From Octopus sinensis (Eukaryota): DNA of 64,000 nucleotides. The notes below the pieces were generated by a model. That model saw nothing but the letters and a program-made list of their open reading frames with translations, did not search any database and was not told the DNA's origin. Of the stretch, positions 37,443-50,129 are shown in pieces. Numbering within the stretch: the stretch's first letter is position 1; each line of letters starts with the position of its first letter. The position numbers and the translations under genes were made by a program. The DNA is taken from positions 14,947 to 78,946 of the forward strand of contig NW_021833253.1 of assembly GCF_006345805.1 (NCBI RefSeq). The letters run 5' to 3'.

Positions 37443-40369
37443 GGATGTGTCAAAATGTCTGTAGAAATATCTGAGATGATAGTGACATTGATCATCAAAG
37501 CAGTCTATCATGGACCAATAGCCAGATTATTACCTCCCACTTTGAAGTGTATGTGTTTGCTATCCAGGAAATGGAAATATCAAATATCTGATGCACAAAA
37601 GGGATAGAGATACAGGAAAAGCAGTAAAATGTGATGACTGATGCAGGCTTTGTGGTATTAACACCAAATATATCACACACACCATAAGCAGTTGTCTGAA
37701 AATGTCATCACGGTATTATCTACCAATGAGACATGATGTTGTAGCTAGGACACTCTATAATGAAATCTGTCAGAAGAAATAAGAGCCCGCAATTTGGTAG
37801 AAGCCATAGCCACTCATAATTAAAAAAGGAGTACTGCTAGAAGACCCCAATAAAATAAAAGCACAACAGACCTGATATAATGATTTGGAATAGAGAAGAG
37901 AAACTGTGAACAGCTGTGGAAATTAGCTGCCCTGCGGATGTTAACATAAAGCTGAAGGGAAGTGAAAAAGAGAATACTGCTGCTGAACTATTGAGAAACC
38001 TACCATTACTCTTTCCAGATTACAAGTTCATGTTTGTAACTGTAATTATTGAGGCCCTGACATATGCAACATACTGCCTAAATAGCAATCTTGAGAAATT
38101 AGGCTTCTCAAAACCTGAAAGGAGAAAGCTGATTCGGAGACTACAGATCCAGTCCAACACTGGAACTGTAAAACTTTCCAGAAGTTTATCCTTTGAATAT
38201 CTATGAGCATGTCTAGATATGTAACTACATGCATGAGAATACATAGCTGTACTGTCTGAAGTAAGAAAACAACGCAGAAATCTTGTGACAGTATGGCTTG
38301 TCTATAAGAAGGCATTCAACTCTATCCCTCATTCATGGCTGTTGAAGTGCCTACACCTGGCAAAAGTACCTTCCACTCTAATTGTGAGTCTCTGTAGAGA
38401 GACTCACAAAGACATGGACAACAGTTCTCACCCTTCCAACAGAGAACACAATAATTGTTTCTGATAGTAAAGGCATTTCAAAGGGAATATTCCAGGGAGA
38501 TGGTCTTTCTGTACTTCTTTTCCTTTTGCCACTGAATCCATAATCGTTCCTACAGCAGAGAAAACAAATGGCTACATGCTAGGATCTTCAACTGCTAGAA
38601 GTATCAATGAAACTCATAATTCTTTGTAGACAACATCAAGATCTATGCTAAAAGCGTTGACAATGCCAAAATACAAACTGGAATTAGTAACAACATTTTC
38701 AGCGGATATAGGCATGGAATTTGGCCAACAGAAATGTTTGTATTTGGTCATAGAACGAGGAAAGTCAGTCCCCCAAACCCCAAACCTGTGCATCAACAGT
38801 CTCTCATCTCCCCCATTCCACACAAAGAATGTTACAAATACCTAGGGCACATATATGAAAGCACTGAGAATAAAAATAGAGTGACCTGAGAATGTTACAC
38901 CAGACTTAGGACAAATGGCAGTCAGAACTCTCCTCTAGCAACAAAACAATATCCCACAGTGCATTTGCAATACCAGTGCTGACCCCCAACATTTGGGATA
39001 CTTGATTGGTCTGCAGAGGAAATCCACTCCATACATATTAAAACCTGCAAAATCCTGACACCAACCGGGAACTTCCAAAGAAACAGTGATGTGGACAGAC
39101 TCTACCTAAGAAGAAATGAAGGTGGTGGAGGCCTGAAATCAGTGCAGACGGCCTTTGAGTGAAGACCACTACATCACATCATGCTTTGAAGGCTACGTGT
39201 TTGCAATCCAGGAAGAGGAGATTGCCACAAAGTACCTGGTGAACAAGAGTGACAGTAATGCTCTTGTCATCCCAAGGTTCAACTGCATGTGTAGGCTATG
39301 TCATGTTTCAGTGGAAGACATCATGCATGTGATTAGCAGTTGTCTTAAAATGTCTTCATGGTACTACCTCCCTATGCAGCACAATGTTGTCGCTAAAACA
39401 ATTTTCAATGCCATCTGCAAAAAAAAATAACTGTCTTGAAATAAACTTAGAAAATTCCTCTGTTATGAAATATTCCCATCAAAATTTTTGTCAGATGTAA
39501 ACATAACAGGTCGGATATTGCTGTTTGGGACAGAGGGGCAAAGGTATGTACCCTCATAGAAGTTAGCTGCCCTGCAGATTTAAATATCTCTTTGGAAATC
39601 AAAGAAAAAGAGGACAAACCTCTGGATCCATACTAAGAATTCATATTCATACCAATAATACATCCCAAAGATGGAACTCTGTATCTTTGTTGGAAACCAG
39701 CTCCCACCTCAGTAGAAGATTTATAATGATTAAAGAATTGAAGAGATATACATACATGCATGGATATGTCAGTAGAAAGCTCCAAGATAACAGTAATATC
39801 GATCATCAAAGCAGTTTATCATGGACCAATAGGCGGATTACTATCTCCCACTTTGAAGGGTATGTATTTGCAATCCAGGAACAGGAAATAACAACCAAGT
39901 ACCTGATGCACAAAAGAGATAGAGATGCAGAAAAAAGCCAAGTGGTGCAGACTTTGTGGAGTTCACACTGAAGATATCACCCACATCATAAGAAGTTGTC
40001 TGAAAATGTCATCAAGGTATTATGTGCCGATGAGACATGATGTTGTAGCTAGGACACTCTATAATGAAAGCCATCAGTCTAAGAAGTAAGAGCCAACAGT
40101 ACGGAAGAAGCCATAGCCACTCATAATAAAAAGGAGTACAGATGGAACGTCCCAGCGAAAACCTCAATAAAATGTAAGCATGACAGACCTGATATAATGA
40201 TTTGGGATAGAGAAGAGAAACTGTGCACAGTTGTAGAAATCAGCTACACAGCGGACATTTACATAAAGCTGAAGATCTGTGAGAAAGAGAACACCTCTGC
40301 TGAACTATTGAGAAATCTGCAGTTACTCTATCCAGATGACAAGTTCAGGTTTATACCTGTAATTATTGG
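37443..40369 (+). mobile_element. Three tandem fragments of a degenerate RLE (NeSL/R2-like) LINE family
   Basis: Repeated FEGYVFAIQEQEI, CCHC, RPDIMIWDREEK..VEISCPAD motifs at ~37450-38235, 38252-39620 and 39660-40369. Confidence 0.8.
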
Positions 40370-40446
40370 TTATCTATAAATGCTTATCAATATAGGATTC
40401 CATTATTCTATATTAACATTATTTTATATTATCTATACTTTGATAA

Positions 40447-40746
40447 TCTTTATATATAAAAGTGAAGTTGTGTGTCTGTCTGTCTCCTACGATTTAGATT
40501 CCTAACTACTCCCACATTTTGCTTTGCAGTTTAACCAAAACCGGGTATCTTATAGTCGTGATTCATATCGAGCCCTTCTGGGTATTAGCGCGTCTACGAT
40601 GAGTCTACGATTTAAAAAAAAATTTACCATCATTTCTTCCCATTTTTAATGCATTTTTTGCTATTATATAAGGGAAGTAACTCTCTAAAAATGCTTATAT
40701 AGTTATTTCCCTTACAAACCCGAGCAACGCCGGGCGATACTGCTAG
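40447..40746 (+). mobile_element. Non-autonomous Helitron (300 bp)
   Basis: A|TC 5' end, 3' hairpin cccgagcaacgccggg, CTAG|T end and no TSD. Confidence 0.88.
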
Positions 40747-41011
40747 TATAGAATAATGGAATCCTAGATTTGGAATACAATACATAGTGGATTTTACACA
40801 TAACTATTATGGATTATTACAGAAGGCTAACCAAGGAAGTATATATGGATTTAAAGACTCATACTAAAGTGTATTTATGTATTTACCAAAATCAAAAGCT
40901 GCAATTTTTAATTTTAATTTACGTTTCAAACAAACAGCATTTTATAGTATTACTTCAAATTTAAAAAAAACTACCATTCGAAATGCTATACAAAATTCAA
41001 ATTTTATATCT

Positions 41012-41093
41012 TTGAAGAGCAAAGGAGTTGTCTATAAATGCTTATCAATATAGGATTCCATTATAGGGACAACTCTTCTGTGAAACGATCGTA
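41012..41093 (+). ncRNA. Hammerhead-like motif with long stem II (degenerate core)
   Basis: (T)TGAAGA, then 14-bp arms 41019-41032 and 41068-41081, then GAAAC-GATC-GTA. Stem I is poorly formed and C3 is replaced by T. Confidence 0.5.
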
Positions 41094-41248
41094 AAATGCT
41101 TTAAATACTTAATTCAAAACTTTTAAACTGTCATTATTATATATTTATACTTATACATATATTTTTATATATATTTATATTTTTAATACAACAATTATTT
41201 TACACATGTATACATCTTTCTGAAGAATTTTCTAATATTGATTTCCTG

Positions 41249-41284
<36 letters not shown>

Positions 41285-41351
41285 TATTATAAAATATATA
41301 TTATTGGGACCCTGGGATATGTAACACACTATCTAAATACCAATCTTGAGA

Positions 41352-41940
41352 GATTATCATCATCACTTAACGTCCACTTTCCATACTGGCATGGGTTGGA
41401 TGGTTTGACTGAGGTCTGGAGAGCCAGCGACTGCACCCAGTTCCAATCTGATTTGGCAATGTTTCTACAGCTGGATGCCCTTCCTAATACCAACCACTCT
41501 GTGAGTGTAGTGGGTGCTTTTCACATGTCACTGGCACAAGAGCCATTCAGCAGGTACTGACATTAGTAACGATTGGTTGATGCCTTTTGCATGGGGGGCA
41601 GTTATTCGGACCTGGCATCGACAACGTTTGGATGGTGCTTTTTACGTGCCACTGGCACGGGAGCCAGTCAGGCGAACCTGGAATCGACCAACTTTGGATG
41701 GTCCTTTATATGCTACTTGCATGGGAGCCAGCCAGGGGCACCGGCCCTAGCTATATTGCTTTTACTTGGCTCAACAGGTCTTCTCAAGCATATCATATCT
41801 CCCGATGCATCAGGGGTATTCTTAACAGGGCTGGGCATGTGTGGTTGCCATCTCACTTTAGTTGCCGGGTCTCCTCAATCACAACACACCTCCAAAGGTC
41901 CCAGTCTCCTGTCATTGCCTGTGAGGCTTAATGTTTGAAA
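41352..41940 (-). mobile_element. SINE/RTE-tail repeat with internal subrepeats
   Basis: Reverse complement of the family at 150-470. Confidence 0.7.
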
Positions 41941-43545
41941 GTCATGCTTTATCGCCTCATCCCATGTCTTCCTGGGTCTACCTCTTCTACATGTTCCTTC
42001 TACAGGTAGGGAGTGGCACTTCTTCACAGTCTTCATTCATATATAACGCATGACCATACCAGCGCAGTTGTTTCTCTTGCACACCACATTTGAAGCTTCT
42101 TATGCCCAAATTTCCTTTCAGGGCGCTTACACTCTGTTGTGTATACACACTGACATTACACATCAAGCTATTCTTACTCTAGTCGCTACACCTCTGCTAC
42201 AGACTTGGTCACCTAGGTAGCAGAAGCTATTAACTACTTCTAGTGTTTCCCCTGGCATGTGTTGGAATCTGTTATTTGTCCCTCTTCAGTGGTCATTGCC
42301 ACTGAGCATTTGCCACACACAAAAACTATCTTCCCATTTAACCTTCCTTTGCTATTTCCACACCTTTTATGTGTTCATAGCTTACACTAGGTACACTGTA
42401 TGGAGTTTCTACTCACACCTTTTCTACAGATGAAGAAGGGCCATCTACCCGAAGGAGTTTGTGATTTGACAGCCTTCCTGCTTACTAAGACTTTGGTTTT
42501 TGCTAGGTTAACCCTAAACTTCGTCTCCAGTTCTGGCAGTGACTCAGCGATTAGAGCAAGGTCATCAGCATAGAGGAGCTCCCAGGGGCAGCTTGTCTTG
42601 AATTCCTCTGTTTTGCCTGGAGGAGTATGATGAATAAGAGGGGACTGAGGGCTGATCCTTGGTGAACACCTACTTCTACTCAAAATTCTTCTCTATACTC
42701 ATTGCCAACCCTCACCTTACTGACAGCAGCCCTGTACAGGGCTTGTACAGCTCTTACCATCCACTCATCTATCCCTAGTTTCCACATTGACCACCAGATA
42801 AGGGATCAGGGGACCCTGTCAAAAGCTTTCTCCAGGTCAACAAAAGCCAAGTACAGAGGTTTATCTTTGGCAAGATATTTCTCCTGCATTTGCCTTACCA
42901 GAAATGTAGCATCAGTGGTGCTTCTCTCTGGCACAAAACCAAACTGCATCTCATCTAGACTAACTCTCTCCCTAATTAGTTGGGCTATGACCCTCTCTGT
43001 AACTTTCATCACCTGATCAAATAATTTGATACCCCTGTAGTTATTCCTATCTAATGCATCATGTTTACCAGTGTAGCAGTTGATTATGGCGCTGCTACAC
43101 CAGTCATTGGGTATGACTCCTTCGTGAACTACCTGATTTACGATACAGGTGAAAGACCCTAACCCACACCACCCCGATATTTGAAGCATCTCTGAAGTGA
43201 TTCCTGATGGGCCAAGTGCTTTCCCTGTCTTCATATCCTCAATTGCTTTATCTCCCACGGTACTATCGATTCAGGTAGCTGGTTCCTCTACTGGGTCAAC
43301 CTTTGGTAGACTCTCCTTCCCATTCATTCTCCACATTCAACAGTCTTTCATAATGGCATCTCCAAGCCTCTTTCTTTGCAGAATCATTAAACGCAAGGGC
43401 ACCTTCATCCATGAAGACACATTTCTCTCCTATGACATCACGGTTTTTCTCTCACAGACTGTCTTGCGATCCAAAATACTTCAGTTCTCTGGACCTCGTG
43501 TCACTGAACATTGGCAAACTTCTTCTTTTCTGCATCAGCAACCAT
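41940..43545 (-). mobile_element. Degenerate RTE LINE
   Basis: AFVDLEKAFDRVP, PWELLYADDLAL (ORFs 42806-43258, 42387-42683). Confidence 0.85.
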
Positions 43546-43559
43546 GTATGGGTCTCAGA

Positions 43560-44800
43560 GCAACTCCCAGATGACTGGATCGAGAGCATCATCCTCCGCT
43601 TCCAGAAAAAAAAAAAAGAATGGCCACAAACTCATCAGCAGAGTCATCACTCTCTTCTCCATCTCAAGCAAGCTCTTCACCAGGATCCTTCTCAGCCATG
43701 CTTGTCCTGCCATTAGAAGTAGATTCTGCCTACATCAAGCCAGATTCATGCCAAATCGATTTACCCCCTACTGTACTTTTGCCTTTGTCTCATCATTGAA
43801 AGATCTTGGTAGTTCTGCAAAGATTTGCCACCTCTACATCACCATCATCAACCACATATTCCACTGGAAAATCCTCAAGCTTGTTGGTACACTTCTCAAG
43901 ATCACCGCCCTGTTCCAATGGCTCTATTGCAGTTCGGAGAGATGCATGTGGGTGAATGTGAAAGACTCTGACTTGCAAAGAGGACAGCATGGTCACTCTC
44001 AACTTCTTTGACTGTATCATTATTTATCTGATGATCAAGGTCTGTGAGTGGGTCTCTCGCATTACTTGAAGTATGTGGATGATACCATCCTATTCAACAA
44101 CTCAGTTGACCAGCTCAGGGACACACTGACCAATTACAGAGATGAATCAACAAGGCTTGGACTTCACGTGAGTTGAGTGAAGACCAAGCTGATGCATGTC
44201 AGAGATGGCCTGGATCCTCCCCCACTCTACACCGGGCCTGATGCCATGGAGTTTGTTAGCTCCTTCATATACCTGGGTTCTACAGTCACCAACAATGGAG
44301 ATCTGACACTGGAGATTAACTGCAGATGTGGGCTTGCCACTGGGGTCATGTACTCCCTATAGAAGCCCCCTCCTGTGCTACTGCTCTATTTCCCAGAAGA
44401 CAAAGCTCCACATCTACAATGCATCTGTCCTCTCCATTCTCCTCTGTGGAGCAGAAATGAGGCCCCTCTTGAAGACTTTGGCAAAGAGGATTGATGGCTT
44501 CAGAAGCAGAACCCTGAGAACCAATGAGAACACCAGATGTTACCTGCATGTTTCCAACAAAGACTTGCATGCACTGTACAGGCATGTCCTCCATCTCCTA
44601 TTAGATCATCCTACCAAAGTTTAACTCCCATTCAATGCAAGAGCTGCAGGCTGGAAAGGTCTGTGGCAGACCCTGTACCAAATAGCTGAATATGGCTAAA
44701 GAAAATCTCCAGTGACTCAATGTTACCTTGGAAGATGTACAGTAGGGCTGGCACAGGACCACCAGCAATGGGGGTGGGGAGTACTAATGAACCTGGTTGG
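43560..44800 (+). mobile_element. Degenerate RTE-type LINE fragment
   Basis: SSFIYLGSTVTNNGD, KTKLHIYNASVLSILLCGAE. Confidence 0.7.
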
Positions 44801-45446
44801 CTCTACATATGATGATGTTCCTGGGGTCACTAATCTGGGATGACCTCACCCCCATCATACAAGATCACGAAGGGCAAGCAATTTTTGCAACATGGAAGTT
44901 AGACTATTCTGTAAAAAAACACTTTGAGAATTACCCTACATTTTCCATGATACTAGTTGAGAATTCCAAGAAAGATGGTGAAAGTAATGACAATAGTGTT
45001 CTGTATCCTAATAATACCCAGTATTAAACCACTAAGAGGGTGGCTGTTATCTGGTAATTTTACTCAAAAATGGTAAGCATGAATACTCCACTGGTTTTTT
45101 CACCAATTGTGTCTGATAAGCATTTAATGTGTACCAGATGGGCTCTGTCTGATCATGTGAACAAGGCTTTGGTAAGAAGGAAGAATTTTTTCATCTTAAA
45201 ATCACATTTCCAAAATCAGAGGGCAATGTCTACCATGCCATAAATAAGTTTATGTTTTATTTTTTTAAATACAATATAGAATATTAAGTTTTAACAAGAT
45301 TTGAACTTGCAGCCTTTATTTTATTTTAAGCAATAATTATTTCTGATGTAAAAAAGAAAAGATCGAAAATGTTAACATAACATGATGATACAGTGCAAAT
45401 AATTCACAAAATTTTATGTTCAATAGTTTTAGTGTTACAAATTTGA

Positions 45447-45767
45447 CCCCCTTTGCTCATAAATGACCATGGGACTGCACTTAGAAAGTTCTCCTCCAAT
45501 GCACAAATCTGAACAAAACTGCTTACGAAAGACCAGCAGTCACCCATCAGTACCAGCCTCCCTCTTCCATGTCACTAATGTTATCCAAGAGAAAAGCAAA
45601 GGTTGACACAGCTTGGCACCAGTGACATTGCAACTCATTTCTACAGCTGAGTGGAGTGGAGCAACATGAAATAAAATGTTTTGCTGAAGAATACAACACA
45701 CAGCCCAGACCAGGAATTGAACTCACTACCTCGTGTTTGGGAGCCCAATGTTCTAACCACTGAGCCA
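45447..45767 (-). mobile_element. tRNA-derived SINE with 12-bp TSD
   Basis: Head tggctcagtggttagaac...gttcaattcctggtc. TSD ttacaaatttga at 45435-45446 and 45768-45779. Confidence 0.85.
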
Positions 45768-45805
45768 TTACAAATTTGAATAGTTTTAGTGTTAAAAATC
45801 TGAAT

Positions 45806-46645
45806 ATGAGGTGTAGTCAAAAAATATCCAAAAGATAAGTATTATTAAAAGATTCACCATTTTGATTTCGTCCCCTTCAAAGTATTTGCCTTGGGAGTCT
45901 ACATACTTCAGCCAGTGTTCCTGCTACTGCCGGAAACATTTCTGGAAACCACTTTTGAGGATTCCGTAGAGCTGTGATGTTGAATTTTGTTTAATGTCTT
46001 CTGTTGACTCAAATCTTCCCTCTTTGAATGTTATTTTGAGCTTTGGGAACAGCGAAAAGTCACACAGAGCCAAGTCTGGGAAGTAGGAAGCCTGATGAAC
46101 AAGTGGTGTGTTTTGCTTGATGCTTGGACGATGTAGGTAGAAGGAGTGGGTGCATTGTCATGTTGGAGTTGTCAGTTCTTTGCTGCCCACAGGTCGGGTT
46201 GTTTTTGTCACACAGTTTCACAAAGGTGATGAAGAATACCCACGTAGTATTCTTTGTTAATTGTCTGACCTTGTGGTGCATATTCATGGCTCACTGTCCA
46301 CTGAGGTGCAGCCATCTTTGAACTGGCTGAACCATTCCTTCATTTGTGTTTTCCCCCTGGCATCATCTCCAAACACCTGAATCTTCTCGATAGTTTGGGC
46401 TGGCGTATCACCAAGTTTTGGGCAGAATTTGATTGAGTATCTTTGCTCAATGCTCTCAGTTATCTTCACTCAAAAAAGGAAAGTCACACAGCACACTCTC
46501 CACGTCTGTACTCAATGTGTCACTGCAGGCATGAAAGTTTTTGCACATGCTCATGAAGGACATGGTTACTTAACCATATGGATTTTGCTCACACATAATT
46601 ATTTTGTGCAAAAACAATCAAGGTCAGATACTGTTGATTACATGT
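45806..46645 (-). mobile_element. Degenerate mariner transposon (internally deleted)
   Basis: EQRYSIKFC.KLGDT HTH region (46284-46469) and YFPDLALCDFSLFPKLK (YSPDLAP motif) at ~46050-46100. Confidence 0.8.
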
Positions 46646-46722
46646 AGTTTTAGTGTGACAAGTCTGCATAGTTTCAGCGTATACAAATTTGAATAGTTTT
46701 AGTGTTACGAAAGACTTCATTT

Positions 46723-46988
46723 TCAAACAGAGAATGTAATCAAATAATTAGGATATGCCTGAAAGTCATGGAAAACAACATAAATCCTGGGTCTTTGAAT
46801 ATCATCAACAGCAGAATTGTAAGAATCCTGTAAAACTTTTAATCTCCGGTGTCCTTGCATCATTCTTCCCACAAGAACACTGCATTTGTATATTCTCTTT
46901 GTTTTGTTAGCGTCAGGAACAGAATATTTATCATTTGCAGAATAACGGATGCGTCTGGCAAAATAAACTCCATTCCCAAATGCGGTGG
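46723..46988 (-). CDS. PARP14-like: PARP14/15-like mono-ADP-ribosyltransferase, terminal coding exon (catalytic domain C-half)
   Basis: Acceptor tttttag| at 46989 (phase 1). Translates (A)TAFGNGVYFARRIRYSANDKYSVPDAN...RPRIYVVFHDFQAYPNYLITFSV*. Not in the ORF track. Confidence 0.93.
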
Positions 46989-47224
46989 CTAAAAATAAAG
47001 AAAGAAAAAAAAGATAAATATATAAGCAAAGTAGCTAGTTGTAAAATCTCAATAAAGGGTGAGAGTAGTAACTACAAGTAAAGTTATATACAGGGTACAG
47101 GCTGCACTTATAACCAGCTGGCAGATCTACCTAGGGTTAAAACAGTAGTAACACTGAATATTCAGTTTTTGGTTATTTTCTCTTATTCCTTTCTGTTGAA
47201 GAGTGTAGGCTCAAAATGTCCAAA

Positions 47225-49490
47225 TTCATCAACATCATCGTCATCATTTAATGTCCGTTGTCCATGCTGGCATGAGTCAGATGGTTTGACCAGGGCTGGC
47301 ATGGTGGAAGGCTGCACCAGACTCCAGTCTGATTTGGCATGGTTTTTACTGCTGGACACCCTTCCTAACACTAACTACTCCGAAAGTGTAATGGGTGTTT
47401 TTTCAAGTCATCAACACGGGTGCAATTTACATGACACCAGTATCTGCCACGACTGTGGTTTTATCTGGCTTGATGGGTCTTCTTCTCAAGTGCAACATAA
47501 TGCCAAAGGTGTCAGTCATTGCCTCTGTAAGGCCCAACACTTGGAAGGTGCTTTTGTGCCACCAGCATGGGTGCCATTTGCATGGTATCAGTATCTGCCA
47601 CAACTGCGATTTCACTTGGCTTGATGATTCTTCTTCTCAAGCACATCATAAGGACAAAGGTCTTCATCACTGCCTCTGTGAGGCCCAACACTCAAAAGGT
47701 GCTCTTTGTGTGCCACTAGCATGGGTGCCAATTAAATGACACCAGCATCAGCCACAACTGATTTCACTTGGCTTGACAGGTCTTCTCAAACACAGCCTTT
47801 TGCCAAAGCTCTCAGTCACTAGTCATTGCTTCTGTAAGGCCCAAAGTTTGAAGATCATGCTTCACTATCTCATCCCATGTCATCTTGGGGTCTACCTCTA
47901 CCACAGAGATCAGCACTTCTTTACATGGCTGTCCTCGTCCAAACACATCACATGACCATACCAGTGCATTCATCTCTCTTGTACATCACATCTGATGCCT
48001 CTTATGCCTAACTTTTCTCTCAAGATGTTTACATACTGTCGAACATGCACACTGACTTTGCACATCCAGTGCAATGTCATCAAGCCTACACATTTCCTTG
48101 GGTGTCACAGCCCATGTTTCACTGCCATGTAGCATAGCTGTTCATACACTGGCATCATACAATCTGCCTTTCACTGTGAGGGAGAGGCCTTTTGTTGTGA
48201 GCACGGATAGGAGCTGTCTGAACTTTGCCCATCTTAATGTTATTCTCAGAGCATCCATCTTTGCTACTAACTTGGTTACCTAGGTAACAGAAGCAATCTA
48301 CTACCTCTAGCTTACTTCCATGGCAATTGATGGAGTCTATTTTCTGTACGTTTTCAGTGTTTATTGTACGAGTGCATCTTCCACATACAAAAGCTGTTTT
48401 ACCTGTTAACCTTCCTCTGATATTGCTGCACCTTTTATGTGTCCAAAGGTTAGATTAACTCTTATGGCCCTTTGATTCTAGATCTTGCTTCTATACCTGG
48501 AACTTCTGTAGTTCTGGTAGTGATTCAGCTATAAGAGCAAGGTCATCGGCATAGAGGAGTTACCAGGGACAGCCTGTGTTTAATTCCTCTGATATTGTCT
48601 GGAGGACTATGAGGAACAAGAGAAAGCTTAGGATAAATCCTTGGTAAACCCCTACTTCTACCCTGAATTCTTCACTGTACTCGTTGCCCACCTTCACCTT
48701 ACTGGTAGCATCTCTGTACGTGGTTTATACAACTCTCACCAACCACTCATCTATTCCTAGTTTCTGCATTGACCACCAGATAACAGATCGGGGGACTCTG
48801 TCAAAGGCTTTCTCCAAGTCAACAAAAGCCAAGTACAGAGGTATTTGGCTAGGTATTTCTCCTGCAGTTGCCTTACCAGAAATTTAGCATCAGTGGTGCT
48901 TCTACCTTGCACAAAGCCAAACTGCATCTCATCTAGACTAACTCTCTCCCTGATTAGTTGGGTTATAACTCTTTCCTCAACTTTCATCACTTGAACCAAC
49001 AATTTGATACTTCTGTAATTATTCCTATTTAATGGTTTCTTTATTACCCACAAGGGGCTAAACACAGAGGGAACAAACAAGGACAGATAAATGGATTAAG
49101 ACGATTATATCGACCCCAGTGCTTAACTGGTACTTAATTTATCGACCCCGAAAGGATGAAAGGCAAAGTCGACCTTGGCGGAATTTGAACTCAGAATGTA
49201 GCAGCAGACGAAATATGGCTACGCATTTTGCCCGGCGTGCTAACGTTTCTGCCAGCTCGCCGCCTTATTATTCCTATGTAATATGTCACCTTTACCTTTG
49301 TAGCAGTTGACTATAGTGCTGCTACACCAGTCATTGGGTATGGCTCCTTCATGGACCAACTGATTGACTATATGGGTGACTAGACCATAACCTACACCAC
49401 CAGATGTTTGAAGCATCTCTGCAGTGATTCCTGAAGGGCTGGGGGGGGGGCTTTCCCTGTCTTCATGTCTTTAATTGCTTTATCTACCAA
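47225..49490 (-). mobile_element. Intronic SINE/RTE cluster (RTE tail with subrepeats, RTE RT fragments, nested SINE 49035-49265)
   Basis: RTE motifs (EMQFGFVQGRSTTDA). The SINE is flanked by ttattcctat(t/g)taat. Confidence 0.8.
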
Positions 49491-50129
49491 GAGACATATG
49501 TTGATCAGATCCCTTTAAACAACCAAGTGGCAACATGTAAGTAGAAAATGTTTATAATATTTCCATTCTGTAAACTATACAACACAAGTAAACTTGAGAG
49601 AAAAGTCAGAGAAAAGAATTCTATTGATAAATTCGAACCTGTTTTAAATGGACAGTTATAGTAATGGTGATAATTATAATGATGATGCTGATAATAATAA
49701 TAAATAGTACTGCTGCAGCCACTGATACCACCACTACCACCTCTAACAACAACAAAAAAAAAAAGGTGATGATTAGGATGGTAGTAGCACTGAGCATATG
49801 ACCATAGACTAAATTGAAATGTAAATATTTCTGGAATAATAACAAAAGAATTCAATGAAAACAAGAATGTTGTTTACAACATTCCAAAATATAGCCAAAC
49901 AATTATTCCTTTAGGTGCAGTCAAAGTAAAGAATCTTTGATGTACCTACCAAGCTGTGACATCTAAGCCACATACTGATAGGTCAAAATACTATTAGAAT
50001 GTAGTTGGTGCACCCACCAAACTGTGACATTGAAGCCACATGCTGATTGGTCATAATACAGCTCATAAGATTCAACCTGCTGCAGCCTTTTGCTGGGTAT
50101 TTAAAAGATAAATCTAAGCATTTCACTAG

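Larger units (their letters stand above)
40370..41299 (+). mobile_element. Composite non-coding insertion with 8-bp TSD (ATTATTGG), hammerhead motif and (TAA)n tail; PLE-derived-like
   Basis: attattgg at 40362-40369 and 41300-41307, with the LINE resuming afterwards. 34-bp direct repeat at 40373-40406 and 41031-41064. Confidence 0.65.

Noticed and set aside
37112-37607. MYVC/HTYI-repeat ORFs (also 847-1119, 15236-15532, 19274-19630, 52932-53198)
   Set aside because: These are translations of microsatellites.
49948-50062. Two ~45-bp direct repeats in the PARP intron
   Set aside because: A diverged local duplication with no splice signals or structure.
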